Virus record (IMG/VR): IMGVR_UViG_3300046534_001374
Coordinates: 32,001-96,000 of that record
Length of the DNA stretch: 64,000 nt
Strand: one strand, 5' to 3'
Source: a virus
Within the stretch, counting starts at the first letter, position 1. Every line of letters begins with the position of its first letter. The notes beneath the pieces are model-generated. The model ran no database searches. It was not told the origin of the DNA and was given only the letters and a program-made list of their open reading frames with translations. Shown here piece by piece: positions 45,118 to 55,313 of the stretch. The translations under genes and the position numbers were made by a program.

Positions 45118-45399
45118 TTATAACCAATTAAAATTTACAATAGTGCTAATGCCTAGCCTACCCGATACCGAATCGTCGTCAGATATAGTATCTACTATAT
45201 ACCCTAGAGCTTCTAGTTCGTTGGTATAATACGCCCTTTCTTGTAATGAATTACATACAAATTGGCTACAACCAATACCCTTTCTAGAATCTTCTGCAAC
45301 ATCGTCCAAAAGTTCTACTAAGTTTTCTTTCCAATATTTTAGCTGTGAATCTACATAGTTATTGTAGTTTTCCATAGCTGCTTTAGCGGTGATTTTCAT
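45118..45399 (-). CDS. hypothetical protein
   Basis: ORF. Confidence 0.65.
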   Translation of the reverse strand: MKITAKAAMENYNNYVDSQLKYWKENLVELLDDVAEDSRKGIGCSQFVCNSLQERAYYTNELEALGYIVDTISDDDSVSGRLGISTIVNFNWL

Positions 45400-45403
45400 A
45401 TTT

Positions 45404-45736
45404 CTAAATTCCTGCTCTACTTAGGATTGAATCATTAGAACAAAAAACTGATTCTAGAACAAAAATTACAGATCTAATCTCGTCCGCTACAGGAACTAGC
45501 TTTTCCACTGGAGGTTCGTCATCACATGACGCAGGGCGCGGATAATCCTCTCTCAATACAGGTTTAAATTGATTTTCTAAATCCACAGACTGGTCTCTCA
45601 GCATCGCGGCAATAGTATTCAATTGCTCTATATATTGTTCAACTTCTGTCAAGCTTCTTGGACAGGCACTACTCACATCATTACTCGTTACGTTATTAAT
45701 ATTCATAAATTTATTTTGTTTCTTGTTTTTCGACAT
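45404..45736 (-). CDS. hypothetical protein
   Basis: ORF. Confidence 0.65.
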   Translation of the reverse strand: MSKNKKQNKFMNINNVTSNDVSSACPRSLTEVEQYIEQLNTIAAMLRDQSVDLENQFKPVLREDYPRPASCDDEPPVEKLVPVADEIRSVIFVLESVFCSNDSILSRAGI

Positions 45737-46160
45737 ACATAAACACCTGCTTCTCTCTTGCGAAGATGTATTTAGATCCCGCGAAGGTAACAGGGATACC
45801 TGCCTTCTGCTCTAGAACAACGGTATATCCTTGTTTGGTGTATTTAACATTGTCACCAACCATTACCACTTTACATGCCTTGAAAACATTACCACCTTGT
45901 TGATCTCTAAAAGCTTCCTCGGAGAAGACTAGACCATTTTTAATAATCAAACCATCGTCGGTTCTTTCTTCATTATCCAAAACGATATCTTCCAAAAGAA
46001 TAACATCGTCGGGAACACCTGTTACTACGAAACCATCCAGAGGTAATTCGTGACACAATTCTTCATCCCACAATTCTTCACCTGTAGAAGTTCCTGCGTC
46101 ATTACTTTCGAGTTTTGGTTCAAATACCAATTTTTGTTCTGCCCTTTCAGTTCTAGCCAT
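45711..46160 (-). CDS. GroES-like co-chaperonin
   Basis: DVIL..T.DGLII..KVVMVGDNVK..G.TVV..E. Confidence 0.7.
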   Translation of the reverse strand: MARTERAEQKLVFEPKLESNDAGTSTGEELWDEELCHELPLDGFVVTGVPDDVILLEDIVLDNEERTDDGLIIKNGLVFSEEAFRDQQGGNVFKACKVVMVGDNVKYTKQGYTVVLEQKAGIPVTFAGSKYIFAREKQVFMYVEKQETK

Positions 46161-46208
46161 AAACATACATTACCAGCAGTTTCCAACTATTCAAGTTACG
46201 GGACAAAC

Positions 46209-46628
46209 TTATTTAACAAAAACATCCATATACATAGGATTGTTATCTCTCATATTCCTATACTTCCCTGTTGTGGACACATATACGTCAAACACATAAG
46301 ACTTTCCTTTAGAAGCCCTTTTCTTAGTTACAGCACTACCTCTATCCTGCACTTTGAATTTACCGTCACCGACGATACCTTTTAAGTCTGGGATGTAAAT
46401 TTCAGTTCCAAAACCAAAATTAGGATGAGCAGCTACAGTGATACCTTCTTTAGCCCTTTTTGTTTTCGGGTCGGCAACTTGCGAACCCCATTTATCCTGA
46501 TTTGGATTATAGTATGTGATACGACAATGTATCTTCTTATTATACCCTATCATTTGTTTGAGGGGCAATTCTTTTGGTGCTGCTATAGTGGTTGTTAGTA
46601 ATGTGATTAATAGTAATATAGTTTTCAT
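46209..46628 (-). CDS. 3D-domain (peptidoglycan lytic-like) secreted protein
   Basis: Signal peptide; TVAAHP..FGT.IYIP..VQDRGSAV..FDVY. Confidence 0.8.
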   Translation of the reverse strand: MKTILLLITLLTTTIAAPKELPLKQMIGYNKKIHCRITYYNPNQDKWGSQVADPKTKRAKEGITVAAHPNFGFGTEIYIPDLKGIVGDGKFKVQDRGSAVTKKRASKGKSYVFDVYVSTTGKYRNMRDNNPMYMDVFVK

Positions 46629-46638
46629 AAATAGATGT

Positions 46639-47217
46639 ATGACTCGTTTTGAAGAATTGGCAAAAGCCTACTCCCTTGAATATTTTGGCAAACCTTTGAT
46701 GGAAGCTGGTGTGGAGGGTATTGATGTTTTAGACGATGATCAAACCAGCGCAATACCAGAAACTGAAGAAAGTGGTTCGTCGGACATTGGTAAGTTATTA
46801 CTCCTAACAAACATCCTTTTGAAAGCTGCTAAATTCAAGCCTAGTGATGAAGTGGTTGCATATTTAAATATGCCGCGTTTTAAGACACTATCCCCATTTT
46901 CAAAATTAACAGCAGTAAGAAATCTTATTTCCGATCATCCTGAAATGATTGTTCAAGAAGCCGAGGGGGACGAAGGTGCTGAATTGGAAGATGGTGAAAA
47001 TGATATGGAGCCTCCTATGGAAGGTGAGGTTGAAGACTTCGGTGAAGCTGAACTAGAACTAGACGAAGCAAGCGAAGAGGAGATTCTTAATTTAACATTA
47101 AGAGTTCTTGAAATGGACCCATATAGTCTCCCGTCTACTCTTAGAACACTTCCGTCAAGAGCGACCGAGGAGAATTATGAGGAGATCATTACCGCATTAG
47201 AGTCTATCCTTGTTTAA
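46639..47217 (+). CDS. acidic late (internal head?) protein
   Basis: TAAATA-N5-ATG; MTRFEEL..LMEA. Confidence 0.7.
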   Translation: MTRFEELAKAYSLEYFGKPLMEAGVEGIDVLDDDQTSAIPETEESGSSDIGKLLLLTNILLKAAKFKPSDEVVAYLNMPRFKTLSPFSKLTAVRNLISDHPEMIVQEAEGDEGAELEDGENDMEPPMEGEVEDFGEAELELDEASEEEILNLTLRVLEMDPYSLPSTLRTLPSRATEENYEEIITALESILV

Positions 47218-47425
47218 GGGCTTTCATTAAATTTCCCTCAAGTGCTGCTTTAGACGGGAATCCTTTATCGAAAAAGGGTGCGATTCGTTCATCCACAACG
47301 GTATCATACCCTTTGATGGATGGCTGTAAAAAGAACTTTTGATCTTTGGCCACTATATACCCTACGGTTCTTTCTCCGTATTGCACGACATATTCATTGT
47401 CATTTTTAAGCGGCTTGTAACTCAA
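47204..47425 (-). CDS. hypothetical protein
   Basis: ORF. Confidence 0.6.
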   Translation of the reverse strand: MSYKPLKNDNEYVVQYGERTVGYIVAKDQKFFLQPSIKGYDTVVDERIAPFFDKGFPSKAALEGNLMKALKQG

Positions 47426-47440
47426 GCTCTCCTGAGCACC

Positions 47441-47593
47441 TCAAGCCTCCTCCAAGGCTTTTCTAGATGAGGTATAACGATCTTGGAGTTTGTCATCCAA
47501 GATAGTCTGTAGTATGGCAGAGGCTTTCTCGATGTCTTTACCTTGTGTTGCAGCTACAAACTCTTTAGTTTTTTCGTGTGGTTTATTTTTCAT
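47441..47593 (-). CDS. small prohead-core-like protein
   Basis: Short helical ORF; weak gp67-like pattern. Confidence 0.4.
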   Translation of the reverse strand: MKNKPHEKTKEFVAATQGKDIEKASAILQTILDDKLQDRYTSSRKALEEA

Positions 47594-47600
47594 TTCTACT

Positions 47601-48227
47601 TTAATTATCGATATCGGTTCGTAAATCAAAAGTCATCCTATCGTAGGCGAAAGAAAAGTCAATGTAAATAACGTCACCTTCCGTATTATTGTCTAGCGGA
47701 TAACCGCCTAGCTTAGTGGGGACCACTCCATGAAAAGTATAAAGACCGATAGGTTTCTTATATTGCCCTAACAAAAATACACTGTAAGTTGTTGAGTAAT
47801 GGTCCTTTTCAAAACCACCGACCACACCCTTTTCGATATCAACTAACATCTGCATCCATTTATAAATCGACCAATAGTTAGACATATTATCATCCATTTT
47901 AAATTGTATGTCAATATCAGGAAAATCATCGTATTTCGTTCCTGCTTCGGTATGGCTACCCACACCGTAAGCAACCTTAGTTGCAGGTATGGAGATGTCG
48001 GGGATTGTTATAGATCTAACACTTAATTCTAGTTTCTCAAGAGAGATCTCTTTGTCTGTGTCTCTGTTGACTCTGTTAAACTTCCTTAAGCATGTCGGTA
48101 AATCTAAGATAGTATCAAACTTGTCGTTATACAAATTATTCAGCTCACTAGTCCCGCCAGCAGATCCAAAAATCTTTGGCGGAAGTGCCTCTGGAGGACA
48201 GGTGGTATTTTTAACAACATCAGACAT
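47601..48227 (-). CDS. tail completion / tube terminator (gp3-like)
   Basis: IPDISIP..F.MDDNM.NYW.IYKWM..F.G..PT.L. Confidence 0.75.
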   Translation of the reverse strand: MSDVVKNTTCPPEALPPKIFGSAGGTSELNNLYNDKFDTILDLPTCLRKFNRVNRDTDKEISLEKLELSVRSITIPDISIPATKVAYGVGSHTEAGTKYDDFPDIDIQFKMDDNMSNYWSIYKWMQMLVDIEKGVVGGFEKDHYSTTYSVFLLGQYKKPIGLYTFHGVVPTKLGGYPLDNNTEGDVIYIDFSFAYDRMTFDLRTDIDN

Positions 48228-48267
48228 CGTAATTAATATTTAGTGTAGTGTGTAAATAATTACAGTT

Positions 48268-48930
48268 ATGCGAGACTCCGATATAATGAATGATGCCAAA
48301 GGACGATTCGATAAGTGGTCCGAAATCCATTTACAATATCATGATTTTTTGGATGAGGGATTTGAAGCTACTGATAGCGGTTATGGCAACACAAGTTATG
48401 ATCCATCTATAACGGAATACTATCATACTGGCTGGTATGAGTTGAGCTTCACACTAGAAAAACCTATCCAAAAATTTACTAAAATATTATGGGAATATTT
48501 TCCTTTGGATGAGTCTTACAAAAAAGACAATACGGCGGGTTCCGTGGATTGGTCTCATGATGAAAATACTATAGTGGTGGGTATTTCCTATTTTTCATTC
48601 TCATCTTTTTATACACACAATGATGAAGAAAATGAATTTCAAATTTTCTATAATGTCGCTAAAAATGAAGACTTGGGGGTTATAGCAGATATGCCGGATC
48701 ATATCGTATGGGACAAGGATTCAACCGAAGGTGATATATATTTTGTTAAAAATGACATTGTAGAGTTAAAAACATTTCTTAACGTTTTTAACTCTACTTT
48801 AGAGTTTGGTAATATAGACAGTGGTAAAATCGAGGAATGGGTTGAGGAGGAATATTCTGAAATTGTCCAATTAACTAACTCAAAAGATATCTTGGAAAAC
48901 TTTGGATATTGGGAGGAAGAAAACTATTAA
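48268..48930 (+). CDS. late hypothetical protein
   Basis: TAATTA-N5-ATG. Confidence 0.7.
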   Translation: MRDSDIMNDAKGRFDKWSEIHLQYHDFLDEGFEATDSGYGNTSYDPSITEYYHTGWYELSFTLEKPIQKFTKILWEYFPLDESYKKDNTAGSVDWSHDENTIVVGISYFSFSSFYTHNDEENEFQIFYNVAKNEDLGVIADMPDHIVWDKDSTEGDIYFVKNDIVELKTFLNVFNSTLEFGNIDSGKIEEWVEEEYSEIVQLTNSKDILENFGYWEEENY

Positions 48931-48938
48931 TTACTAAT

Positions 48939-49268
48939 ATGATTGTTTTGGAATTGTTTGTTTTGTTTCTTTCTTCTCTGGGTATGATAAATATTTTGAT
49001 TTATAGCCCATTGACTGAAGGTATTAGATCTTTCCTTATCAAGATATTCTCTAAATTTGGTAAGGAAAAAGTGGGACACTATTTATCACAGTGTCCCACT
49101 TGTATGGGTTTTTGGGTAGGAGTTATCATGCTCCTTGTGTGGCTGTCCGGTTTAGTGTGGTTTACACTACCATTTTCAATCAGCTTTCTAGGCTATCTTG
49201 GCGGGCTGTATCTGTTTCCGCTACCTGAAAGGCTTGCTCCGAAACAGTTTCAGAAAAACCAGCCTTGA
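48939..49268 (+). CDS. DUF1360-like membrane protein
   Basis: L..CP.C.GFW.G with TM helices; TAATTA-N5-ATG. Confidence 0.75.
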   Translation: MIVLELFVLFLSSLGMINILIYSPLTEGIRSFLIKIFSKFGKEKVGHYLSQCPTCMGFWVGVIMLLVWLSGLVWFTLPFSISFLGYLGGLYLFPLPERLAPKQFQKNQP

Positions 49269-49479
49269 TAATATCGACAAACTCTATTTTTTCACCGCCC
49301 TCCAAGTCCATCACAGAAGCACCCACTGCGATATTCATGATATGGATTAGTAATGTAGCTCTAAGAGCTACATCTTCGATCTCCATCAAATTGGATCTAA
49401 CAGAAACACCCATACCATCAAATTCGCCAGTTTCGTCGTCGGTATCCACATTGGCTGATAATAGCGTAAAATTAATCAT
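49180..49479 (-). CDS. hypothetical protein
   Basis: ORF coupled to upstream small gene. Confidence 0.55.
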   Translation of the reverse strand: MINFTLLSANVDTDDETGEFDGMGVSVRSNLMEIEDVALRATLLIHIMNIAVGASVMDLEGGEKIEFVDIIKAGFSETVSEQAFQVAETDTARQDSLES

Positions 49480-49651
49480 GGTCTTCAGCTTTAGGGATTG
49501 CGACAACCACTTCTTGGATGTCCTTCTTTTCTAAACCAATCTTTTCCCAGTTGATATCACTGATATTGTTTGCGCTTTTTAACACATCCAAACCAGATTC
49601 TCCGACTTGTTTCGTGATCTGCTCTTGTATTCTTTTTACATCTTCTGTCAT
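49472..49651 (-). CDS. 59-aa hypothetical protein
   Basis: MTEDVKRIQEQ..., start overlaps gp46 stop. Confidence 0.55.
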   Translation of the reverse strand: MTEDVKRIQEQITKQVGESGLDVLKSANNISDINWEKIGLEKKDIQEVVVAIPKAEDHD

Positions 49652-51492
49652 TATAGTATTCTACTTTGTCCTTTTTCTTTTACCACGTTAATAATTTTAG
49701 CATCGGGAATATCAAATTGTGTTTTGTGTGTAATGATATACGGGTTCTCTCCGTGCTCTTTTTGCCTTTCGACTAGGATTGCTGATATAGCATCTAAACC
49801 TGATTGGTCAACAGCATAATCAAAAGACTCGTCAATCAGTTTAATATTGAAACTAATCTGATTCTGAATTCTGAGGATATCAGAGAAAGTTAGGAATAAG
49901 GCCATATTGATTCTCCACTTCTCACCGCCCGAGAATGACTCATACTGCATCTCAAGACCTCCTAACGTCTTCATGGAGTATTCCATATGCTCATCAAACA
50001 AAACCTCGCAAGGAGCACCAAGACGCATTAGATACGCATTAAGGCTAGTATTAAACAAGGTGATCAGTTTCGAGAGGATTGAACTTCTCAAACCCTTCTC
50101 GCTGAATACGATTTTTACGTGGTGTAAAACTTCGAGTTCTGTTTCTAGTGTTTCTAATTCGGTTTTAAAGATTTTAATCTTCTTTTCGGTCTCCGAATAA
50201 TCCCTCATCAAGGTTTTCAAAATAGAACTGTCTTCCGGCTTCTTGATATCTTCCAGAGCATTTTTCCTATCCTTCTTAAGGATCTCGATTTCCCTAATCT
50301 TCTTTTCGTAATCAGAAATTTCTTTCTGATTCTTGAAAGCTTTGCTTGTTAGATCCGATCTAGCGTTTTGAACTTTAAATTCTTTCTGTTCGAGTAATTT
50401 GATCTCTTCGTTGAGTTCTTTATAATTCACTCGTTGATCAACGATCAATTCCAAAAGAGTTTCATTCTCATTAACCATTCTTTTACAATCAGCATCGATA
50501 ACATCTCTATCATCTTTGTCAATATCTTTACCACATTCGCCGCAAACCTTAGCTTTAGTCTTTCGTTCTACTTCTCTCTTATTAGTTTCGATAGTTGATA
50601 GGTTAATATCGGCTTCATATTTTATGGTAGAGCGTGATTCTTTCTTTACAGAAACCTTTGTTTGAATCTTAGTTAGTAACTGGGAATATTTATCAGTCTC
50701 CAACGCTAGATCTATCGCCTCGGGCTTATCACCGATAAAAGATTCCATTCTCGAAATTTCTATTTCAAGTCTTCCAAGCTGTTCTTGTTTCTTTTTGGTT
50801 GCATTTTCAAATTCAACCTTAACCGTTTTGATTTGATTCTTGATAATGGGGAGGTGTGGTTCGGAAGAGCTAATTTCGGTCTGCTTCTTACTAACCTTTT
50901 TGCTGACTGTGTTGAATTCTTCTCTTGCCAGTTTCTCGGCTTCTTTGATATATGTGAAATCAAAAATAGTTCCAATGAACTTCTCCCTTTCAGTTTTCAT
51001 CATACTAAAGAAAGAACCTGAGTCTGCTTTGGTTGCCATAGACTGCATGAAGACTTCCTTTTTGATACCTTTCAGTAGAGTGTCGGCAATGTATGCTTGT
51101 GTCGCAGGTGAATTACTTTGGGTTTTATTATCACCGTCTACAGTCAAAGTAAGCTTCGATGGATTAATTGTCCTGTTAATAACGACTGGGATAATTGTGT
51201 CATCTTCCGCAATATCCAACTTCAATTCTACGATACATTTCTTCTTACCTCCACGATTGAATGGGATTGAGTCTTTGGGGAATTTCTTTCTAGAGGTCTC
51301 TCCATACAAAGCATAAACTAAACTGTCAAAGAAGATGGCAGTCTTACCAACTCCATTATTCTGGTCCTCTTGCCCTACAGTTCGGTTTTCACCTCTGATG
51401 AAATAAATACCGTCTTCGAATGTATAACTTACCTTCTCACCACAAGAAAGGAAGTATGAAAGGTCGATTGATTTAAATTTAATTCGTCTCAT
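49651..51492 (-). CDS. gp46: recombination endonuclease ATPase subunit (Rad50/SbcC)
   Basis: NGVGKT, CGEC zinc hook, FSGGE, IDE, ITH. Confidence 0.95.
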   Translation of the reverse strand: MRRIKFKSIDLSYFLSCGEKVSYTFEDGIYFIRGENRTVGQEDQNNGVGKTAIFFDSLVYALYGETSRKKFPKDSIPFNRGGKKKCIVELKLDIAEDDTIIPVVINRTINPSKLTLTVDGDNKTQSNSPATQAYIADTLLKGIKKEVFMQSMATKADSGSFFSMMKTEREKFIGTIFDFTYIKEAEKLAREEFNTVSKKVSKKQTEISSSEPHLPIIKNQIKTVKVEFENATKKKQEQLGRLEIEISRMESFIGDKPEAIDLALETDKYSQLLTKIQTKVSVKKESRSTIKYEADINLSTIETNKREVERKTKAKVCGECGKDIDKDDRDVIDADCKRMVNENETLLELIVDQRVNYKELNEEIKLLEQKEFKVQNARSDLTSKAFKNQKEISDYEKKIREIEILKKDRKNALEDIKKPEDSSILKTLMRDYSETEKKIKIFKTELETLETELEVLHHVKIVFSEKGLRSSILSKLITLFNTSLNAYLMRLGAPCEVLFDEHMEYSMKTLGGLEMQYESFSGGEKWRINMALFLTFSDILRIQNQISFNIKLIDESFDYAVDQSGLDAISAILVERQKEHGENPYIITHKTQFDIPDAKIINVVKEKGQSRIL

Positions 51493-51763
51493 ATGATTTA
51501 AAAAATTGGTTAAGTCTTTCGATCTTTGCCTTGGCCTTTCTTCTGAGATATCGATCTAGGGGTTCGAAAATTTCCTCCTCACCATTATCTCTATACTCTC
51601 TCATGTCAGTGTCGGAATCCCATATAGAGTATCCCATAAACATAACAAGGTCAACCATACCGCCAGTTCGGTATTCAAAACATTGATAGTCATCATCATT
51701 GAAGAAATCCATCATGTCGTAATTTAGAGTATGGACCAATTCAATTATTTTTTTAGTTTTCAT
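51479..51763 (-). CDS. hypothetical protein
   Basis: ORF. Confidence 0.65.
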   Translation of the reverse strand: MKTKKIIELVHTLNYDMMDFFNDDDYQCFEYRTGGMVDLVMFMGYSIWDSDTDMREYRDNGEEEIFEPLDRYLRRKAKAKIERLNQFFKSYETN

Positions 51764-51764
51764 A

Positions 51765-52493
51765 TTATTTTAAATCTTTAAATTTATCAGTTATAGCCTT
51801 TGTGTCTGCCATCAATCTTAAGACACTTTCCCTATCCCAAACTTTTGAATCTTCGAAGTTTCCAATCCCATTCTTCATATCAATACACATCTGATATGTA
51901 TTGAGATATCCAGCAGCATCAACAATATTGTCTCTTTTCACTGAGTGTGTTTCTCTAGCAACTTTCAAAAGGGTCATCATTAGAGCCACGTCTTCGGGGG
52001 TGAGTTTAGAATCGGTTTTGTATTTCATATCGATATACCAATTCCATCCATCTGCAATGTTCTTGAAGTTTTCAGAAGGGTGGCCGTATGCAGATTGTCT
52101 AGCTCCATTGGTAAGCTCTTCAGCTTCGTCCAAGATACTTTTATTTTCCTTTTTTGGGGTCTGTAACGAATTCAAATCTTCGTCTAGAATCTGCATTCCA
52201 AATTCTTTCGCAAGAGCGCGTTCAATTGGCGCACCTCTGGAATTTTCCCAACCTTTCATCATGACTATACAATTACACTTCATTAGTTTTGCAATATCAT
52301 TTTTCATATAATCCTCCCATGAAGGATTCTCGAAATCTAAATCCAACTTGGAAGGGTTGATGATCTCGTATGTAACATTGGGATATTCACTTTTTAGAGT
52401 TTCTGTTACATCCTTTTCTAACTGCAAAAAAGCTTCTTTGTTGTGATTTGGGATACCTGTCATTGGTCCCGAGATATAGTAAACGTTATGCAT
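51765..52493 (-). CDS. DUF4406 (deoxyribosyltransferase-like) fused to DUF6378
   Basis: YISGPMTG..W..S.GA..E then ILDEA..R...YGHP..LLKVAR..DN.VD.AGY. Confidence 0.8.
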   Translation of the reverse strand: MHNVYYISGPMTGIPNHNKEAFLQLEKDVTETLKSEYPNVTYEIINPSKLDLDFENPSWEDYMKNDIAKLMKCNCIVMMKGWENSRGAPIERALAKEFGMQILDEDLNSLQTPKKENKSILDEAEELTNGARQSAYGHPSENFKNIADGWNWYIDMKYKTDSKLTPEDVALMMTLLKVARETHSVKRDNIVDAAGYLNTYQMCIDMKNGIGNFEDSKVWDRESVLRLMADTKAITDKFKDLK

Positions 52494-52979
52494 CTATCGA
52501 GTTTCGTAAACTTTAGTGAAATCGGTATTGGGCATAAACCATGTATCCTTTACGTCAACCTCGCCATCTTCCTCTAGATTCCACAGAACCCAACCATCGT
52601 TATTAGGGTTGGCGTATTCCATAGGTCCATCCAAAGTGCCCAGTTCAACAGGATTAATTCCAACTTGCTCTGCTTTGATTGGGTTCTTAGTCCAAAGATT
52701 AGAGGACCATTCATCGGGCATGAGACCTTCAAAAGGATTGTGTGAAGTCCATCCTACGGGATTGTGTTCATCGCCAGCAACTAGATGTGCGACTGTGTCT
52801 TTATCGTTAATCTGAACCCAACATCCTTTAAGATGTTCTTGTTTATTTCCTTCTCCCCAAGAAGTTGATTTGTCTAAGGAAATAGGGTCTGCGCACCAAA
52901 ACATCATTTTTGGTTCGTCTGTTTTTTTGTAGTAGGTTTTCATTTTTAGTTCTTCTGGTTTTCTGTAGTAGGTCTCCAT
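52494..52979 (-). CDS. hypothetical protein
   Basis: N-terminal duplicated M.TYY.K..E.K. Confidence 0.65.
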   Translation of the reverse strand: METYYRKPEELKMKTYYKKTDEPKMMFWCADPISLDKSTSWGEGNKQEHLKGCWVQINDKDTVAHLVAGDEHNPVGWTSHNPFEGLMPDEWSSNLWTKNPIKAEQVGINPVELGTLDGPMEYANPNNDGWVLWNLEEDGEVDVKDTWFMPNTDFTKVYETR

Positions 52980-53288
52980 AAATTTGAAGTTACCATACGA
53001 ATTCCTCAAAACAACCCCTAAAATGAAAATAATCGAAAATGTGGAAAACCTCAAAATTTCCCCGCACCTAAATATAATATATGTTTTATATAAGATTAAT
53101 ACGGTTTTAAATGAAGTTGTTATAGTATTATGTGTTCCGCCAGAGGCGGTTATATTATTAATATTATATTAAAACCGTTTTTATTCTTTATTTAATCCAG
53201 ATTCTAAGAATATTTAATATCTAGGTAAAAATTTTTCAAGCCATAAAATGAAAAAAGATGAAAAAAGATTTTTATTTGCTTTGAAAAG

Positions 53289-53317
53289 TTGAATTCGCTT
53301 AGGCATTATGCTATAAT
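53289..53317 (+). promoter_or_regulatory. sigma70-type promoter of the uvsY-uvsW-55-47 run
   Basis: TTGAAT-N17-TATAAT (with TG), 7 nt before ATG 53325. Confidence 0.7.
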
Positions 53318-53324
53318 CCTTCAT

Positions 53325-53816
53325 ATGAGTGAGGGTCAATACGATGTTTTTGATAAAATGATTACAAAAATCAAAAGCCGCAATGCTAAAAAAATAGCAC
53401 AGGATTATTTTGATGATTGGGAACGGGATGCATCGGTAGACCAGCTAACATTAATGGTTAAATTAGAGGAGGTTTCTTTGATTGCACATAAATGGTCAAA
53501 GAGAAATTTTGACCAAAAAATGTATTTGTATGAACTTGGTAGAATGAGAGAAACTGTTTTTCAAAAACTTAAAAAAATCAAACAACATTCAGGAGATATT
53601 TTAGATAAAAGTAGATTTGGAACACTGTCAGAGGATGCTCCAGCTTGGGGTTATGCGTTAAAGAAGGAACAACCTCTTATAGATATTGATAATAGCATTG
53701 CAGAGAATGTGTTGTTGTCTGAGTTTATTCAGGAATATGTAAACTTTGCAAAATTCACATTGATGAAGTCTTGTAGTAGTATTGTTGAACTTAAAAAAGT
53801 CGAAGCCCTAACATAA
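53325..53816 (+). CDS. uvsY: recombination mediator UvsY-like
   Basis: Helical, HKW motif, directly upstream of uvsW. Confidence 0.6.
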   Translation: MSEGQYDVFDKMITKIKSRNAKKIAQDYFDDWERDASVDQLTLMVKLEEVSLIAHKWSKRNFDQKMYLYELGRMRETVFQKLKKIKQHSGDILDKSRFGTLSEDAPAWGYALKKEQPLIDIDNSIAENVLLSEFIQEYVNFAKFTLMKSCSSIVELKKVEALT

Positions 53817-55309
53817 TGCTGGAATTTCAAATAAATATTGATCTTGATGAAGAAGGCAACGGTGTTCTTGAAAGCACTCATTTCGAAATCATTAGGAATA
53901 AATTTTCATGGGCAAACCCAGAGTATAGATTTGCTCCGAAATGGAGAAAGAATCAGCTTATGAAAAAATGTTATGCAATCGACACAAACGGAAAATTCCC
54001 AATCGGATTACTGAATGAGATTTATGATTTCACAAAAGCATTCATACCACACCTAAACAAAAATCAATTTATTGTTAGCTCCAGAGCTAGGTATTTTTAT
54101 GAACCCTCGTTCTTATTACCAACGAAATACGAACTCCACCAATTTGATGGTTGGGAATATCGCGATATCCAGTTGAAAGCTTTAGATCGAGTATTCGTAA
54201 GAGGTAGAGGTATCGTTAAGGTTGGAACTAGTGGAGGGAAAGGGTTAATCATGGCTTCCATTTGTAGGACTATTTTGAACTACAACCCTTGCCAGACTAT
54301 TGCCATTTTGGTTCCGACACATTTGGTTGGGAAAACCTACGATGAATTTATTGACGAATTTAAATTCACCACGGAGCAAGTTTCCCAATGGACCGCTAAA
54401 GGGAAAGAAGATTTCACTACACCGATAATCATTGTTGGATCAAATCTTTCAGTTGCCCGTGCAGAGAAGTTTCACCAACACATCGGAAACCGAAATCTTT
54501 TTTTAATTGATGAATGTCACATAATAAAGGATTCCAGTAAAATAACGCAACTGGTTAAATCGGTCAAGACTAACAATATTATTGGGTTTACCGGAACTCT
54601 ACCACCAGAACCACAAGACCTTTATTCTGTTTTAGGAAATATTGGTAAAGTTGTTTGCAACGTAGAGTCCTCTGAACTCAGGGATAAAGGTTTGAAGGCA
54701 CGTTCCAAGGTTTACTCTACATGTTTCACAGGGTGCTCCTACAAGCCCGTAAAGGAGTATGTAGATGAAGAAGGTAGCGAGAAGATTTACACAGACACTC
54801 AAATGTTCACGAATGAGATGGAATACCTTTTGAGATCTCCAGAAAGAACAGATTATATTTGTCGCTGGGTTTTAAAAGTATGCACCGGAAATACCATGAT
54901 TCCGGTTGATCGTGATTTTCATGAAGAGATTTTAAAAGAAAGGCTTGAAAATTGCGGAAGAAAGGTTATCGTCATAAATGGAGACACCCCAGAAGAAGAA
55001 AGAACCAAGGCATACTCCGATATGGAGAATGAGGAAGGGACTATTCTAATTGTCAAAACAGGAGTAATGAGAGAAGGAATTTCAATTAAGAATTTGAGCT
55101 TTATGGTTGGGTTCTTTGCGCAGAAATCATTTATCAGGATAATCCAACTACTCGGTCGAATCGAAAGATTAGGCGGAAATGAGGTTCCGATCTTTTTTGA
55201 TTTCTATGACACCACATATTTCAGTAAGAAACACTACACCGAGAGGAAGTCTTTCTATAAAAAGGACAAAACACCAGTTGTCGAAAAAAGGGTGAAACTT
55301 AACTATTAA
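53816..55309 (+). CDS. uvsW: SF2 DNA helicase UvsW
   Basis: TSGGK, DECH, GFTGT, Q..GR..R. Confidence 0.9.
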   Translation: MLEFQINIDLDEEGNGVLESTHFEIIRNKFSWANPEYRFAPKWRKNQLMKKCYAIDTNGKFPIGLLNEIYDFTKAFIPHLNKNQFIVSSRARYFYEPSFLLPTKYELHQFDGWEYRDIQLKALDRVFVRGRGIVKVGTSGGKGLIMASICRTILNYNPCQTIAILVPTHLVGKTYDEFIDEFKFTTEQVSQWTAKGKEDFTTPIIIVGSNLSVARAEKFHQHIGNRNLFLIDECHIIKDSSKITQLVKSVKTNNIIGFTGTLPPEPQDLYSVLGNIGKVVCNVESSELRDKGLKARSKVYSTCFTGCSYKPVKEYVDEEGSEKIYTDTQMFTNEMEYLLRSPERTDYICRWVLKVCTGNTMIPVDRDFHEEILKERLENCGRKVIVINGDTPEEERTKAYSDMENEEGTILIVKTGVMREGISIKNLSFMVGFFAQKSFIRIIQLLGRIERLGGNEVPIFFDFYDTTYFSKKHYTERKSFYKKDKTPVVEKRVKLNY

Positions 55310-55313
55310 TTTT

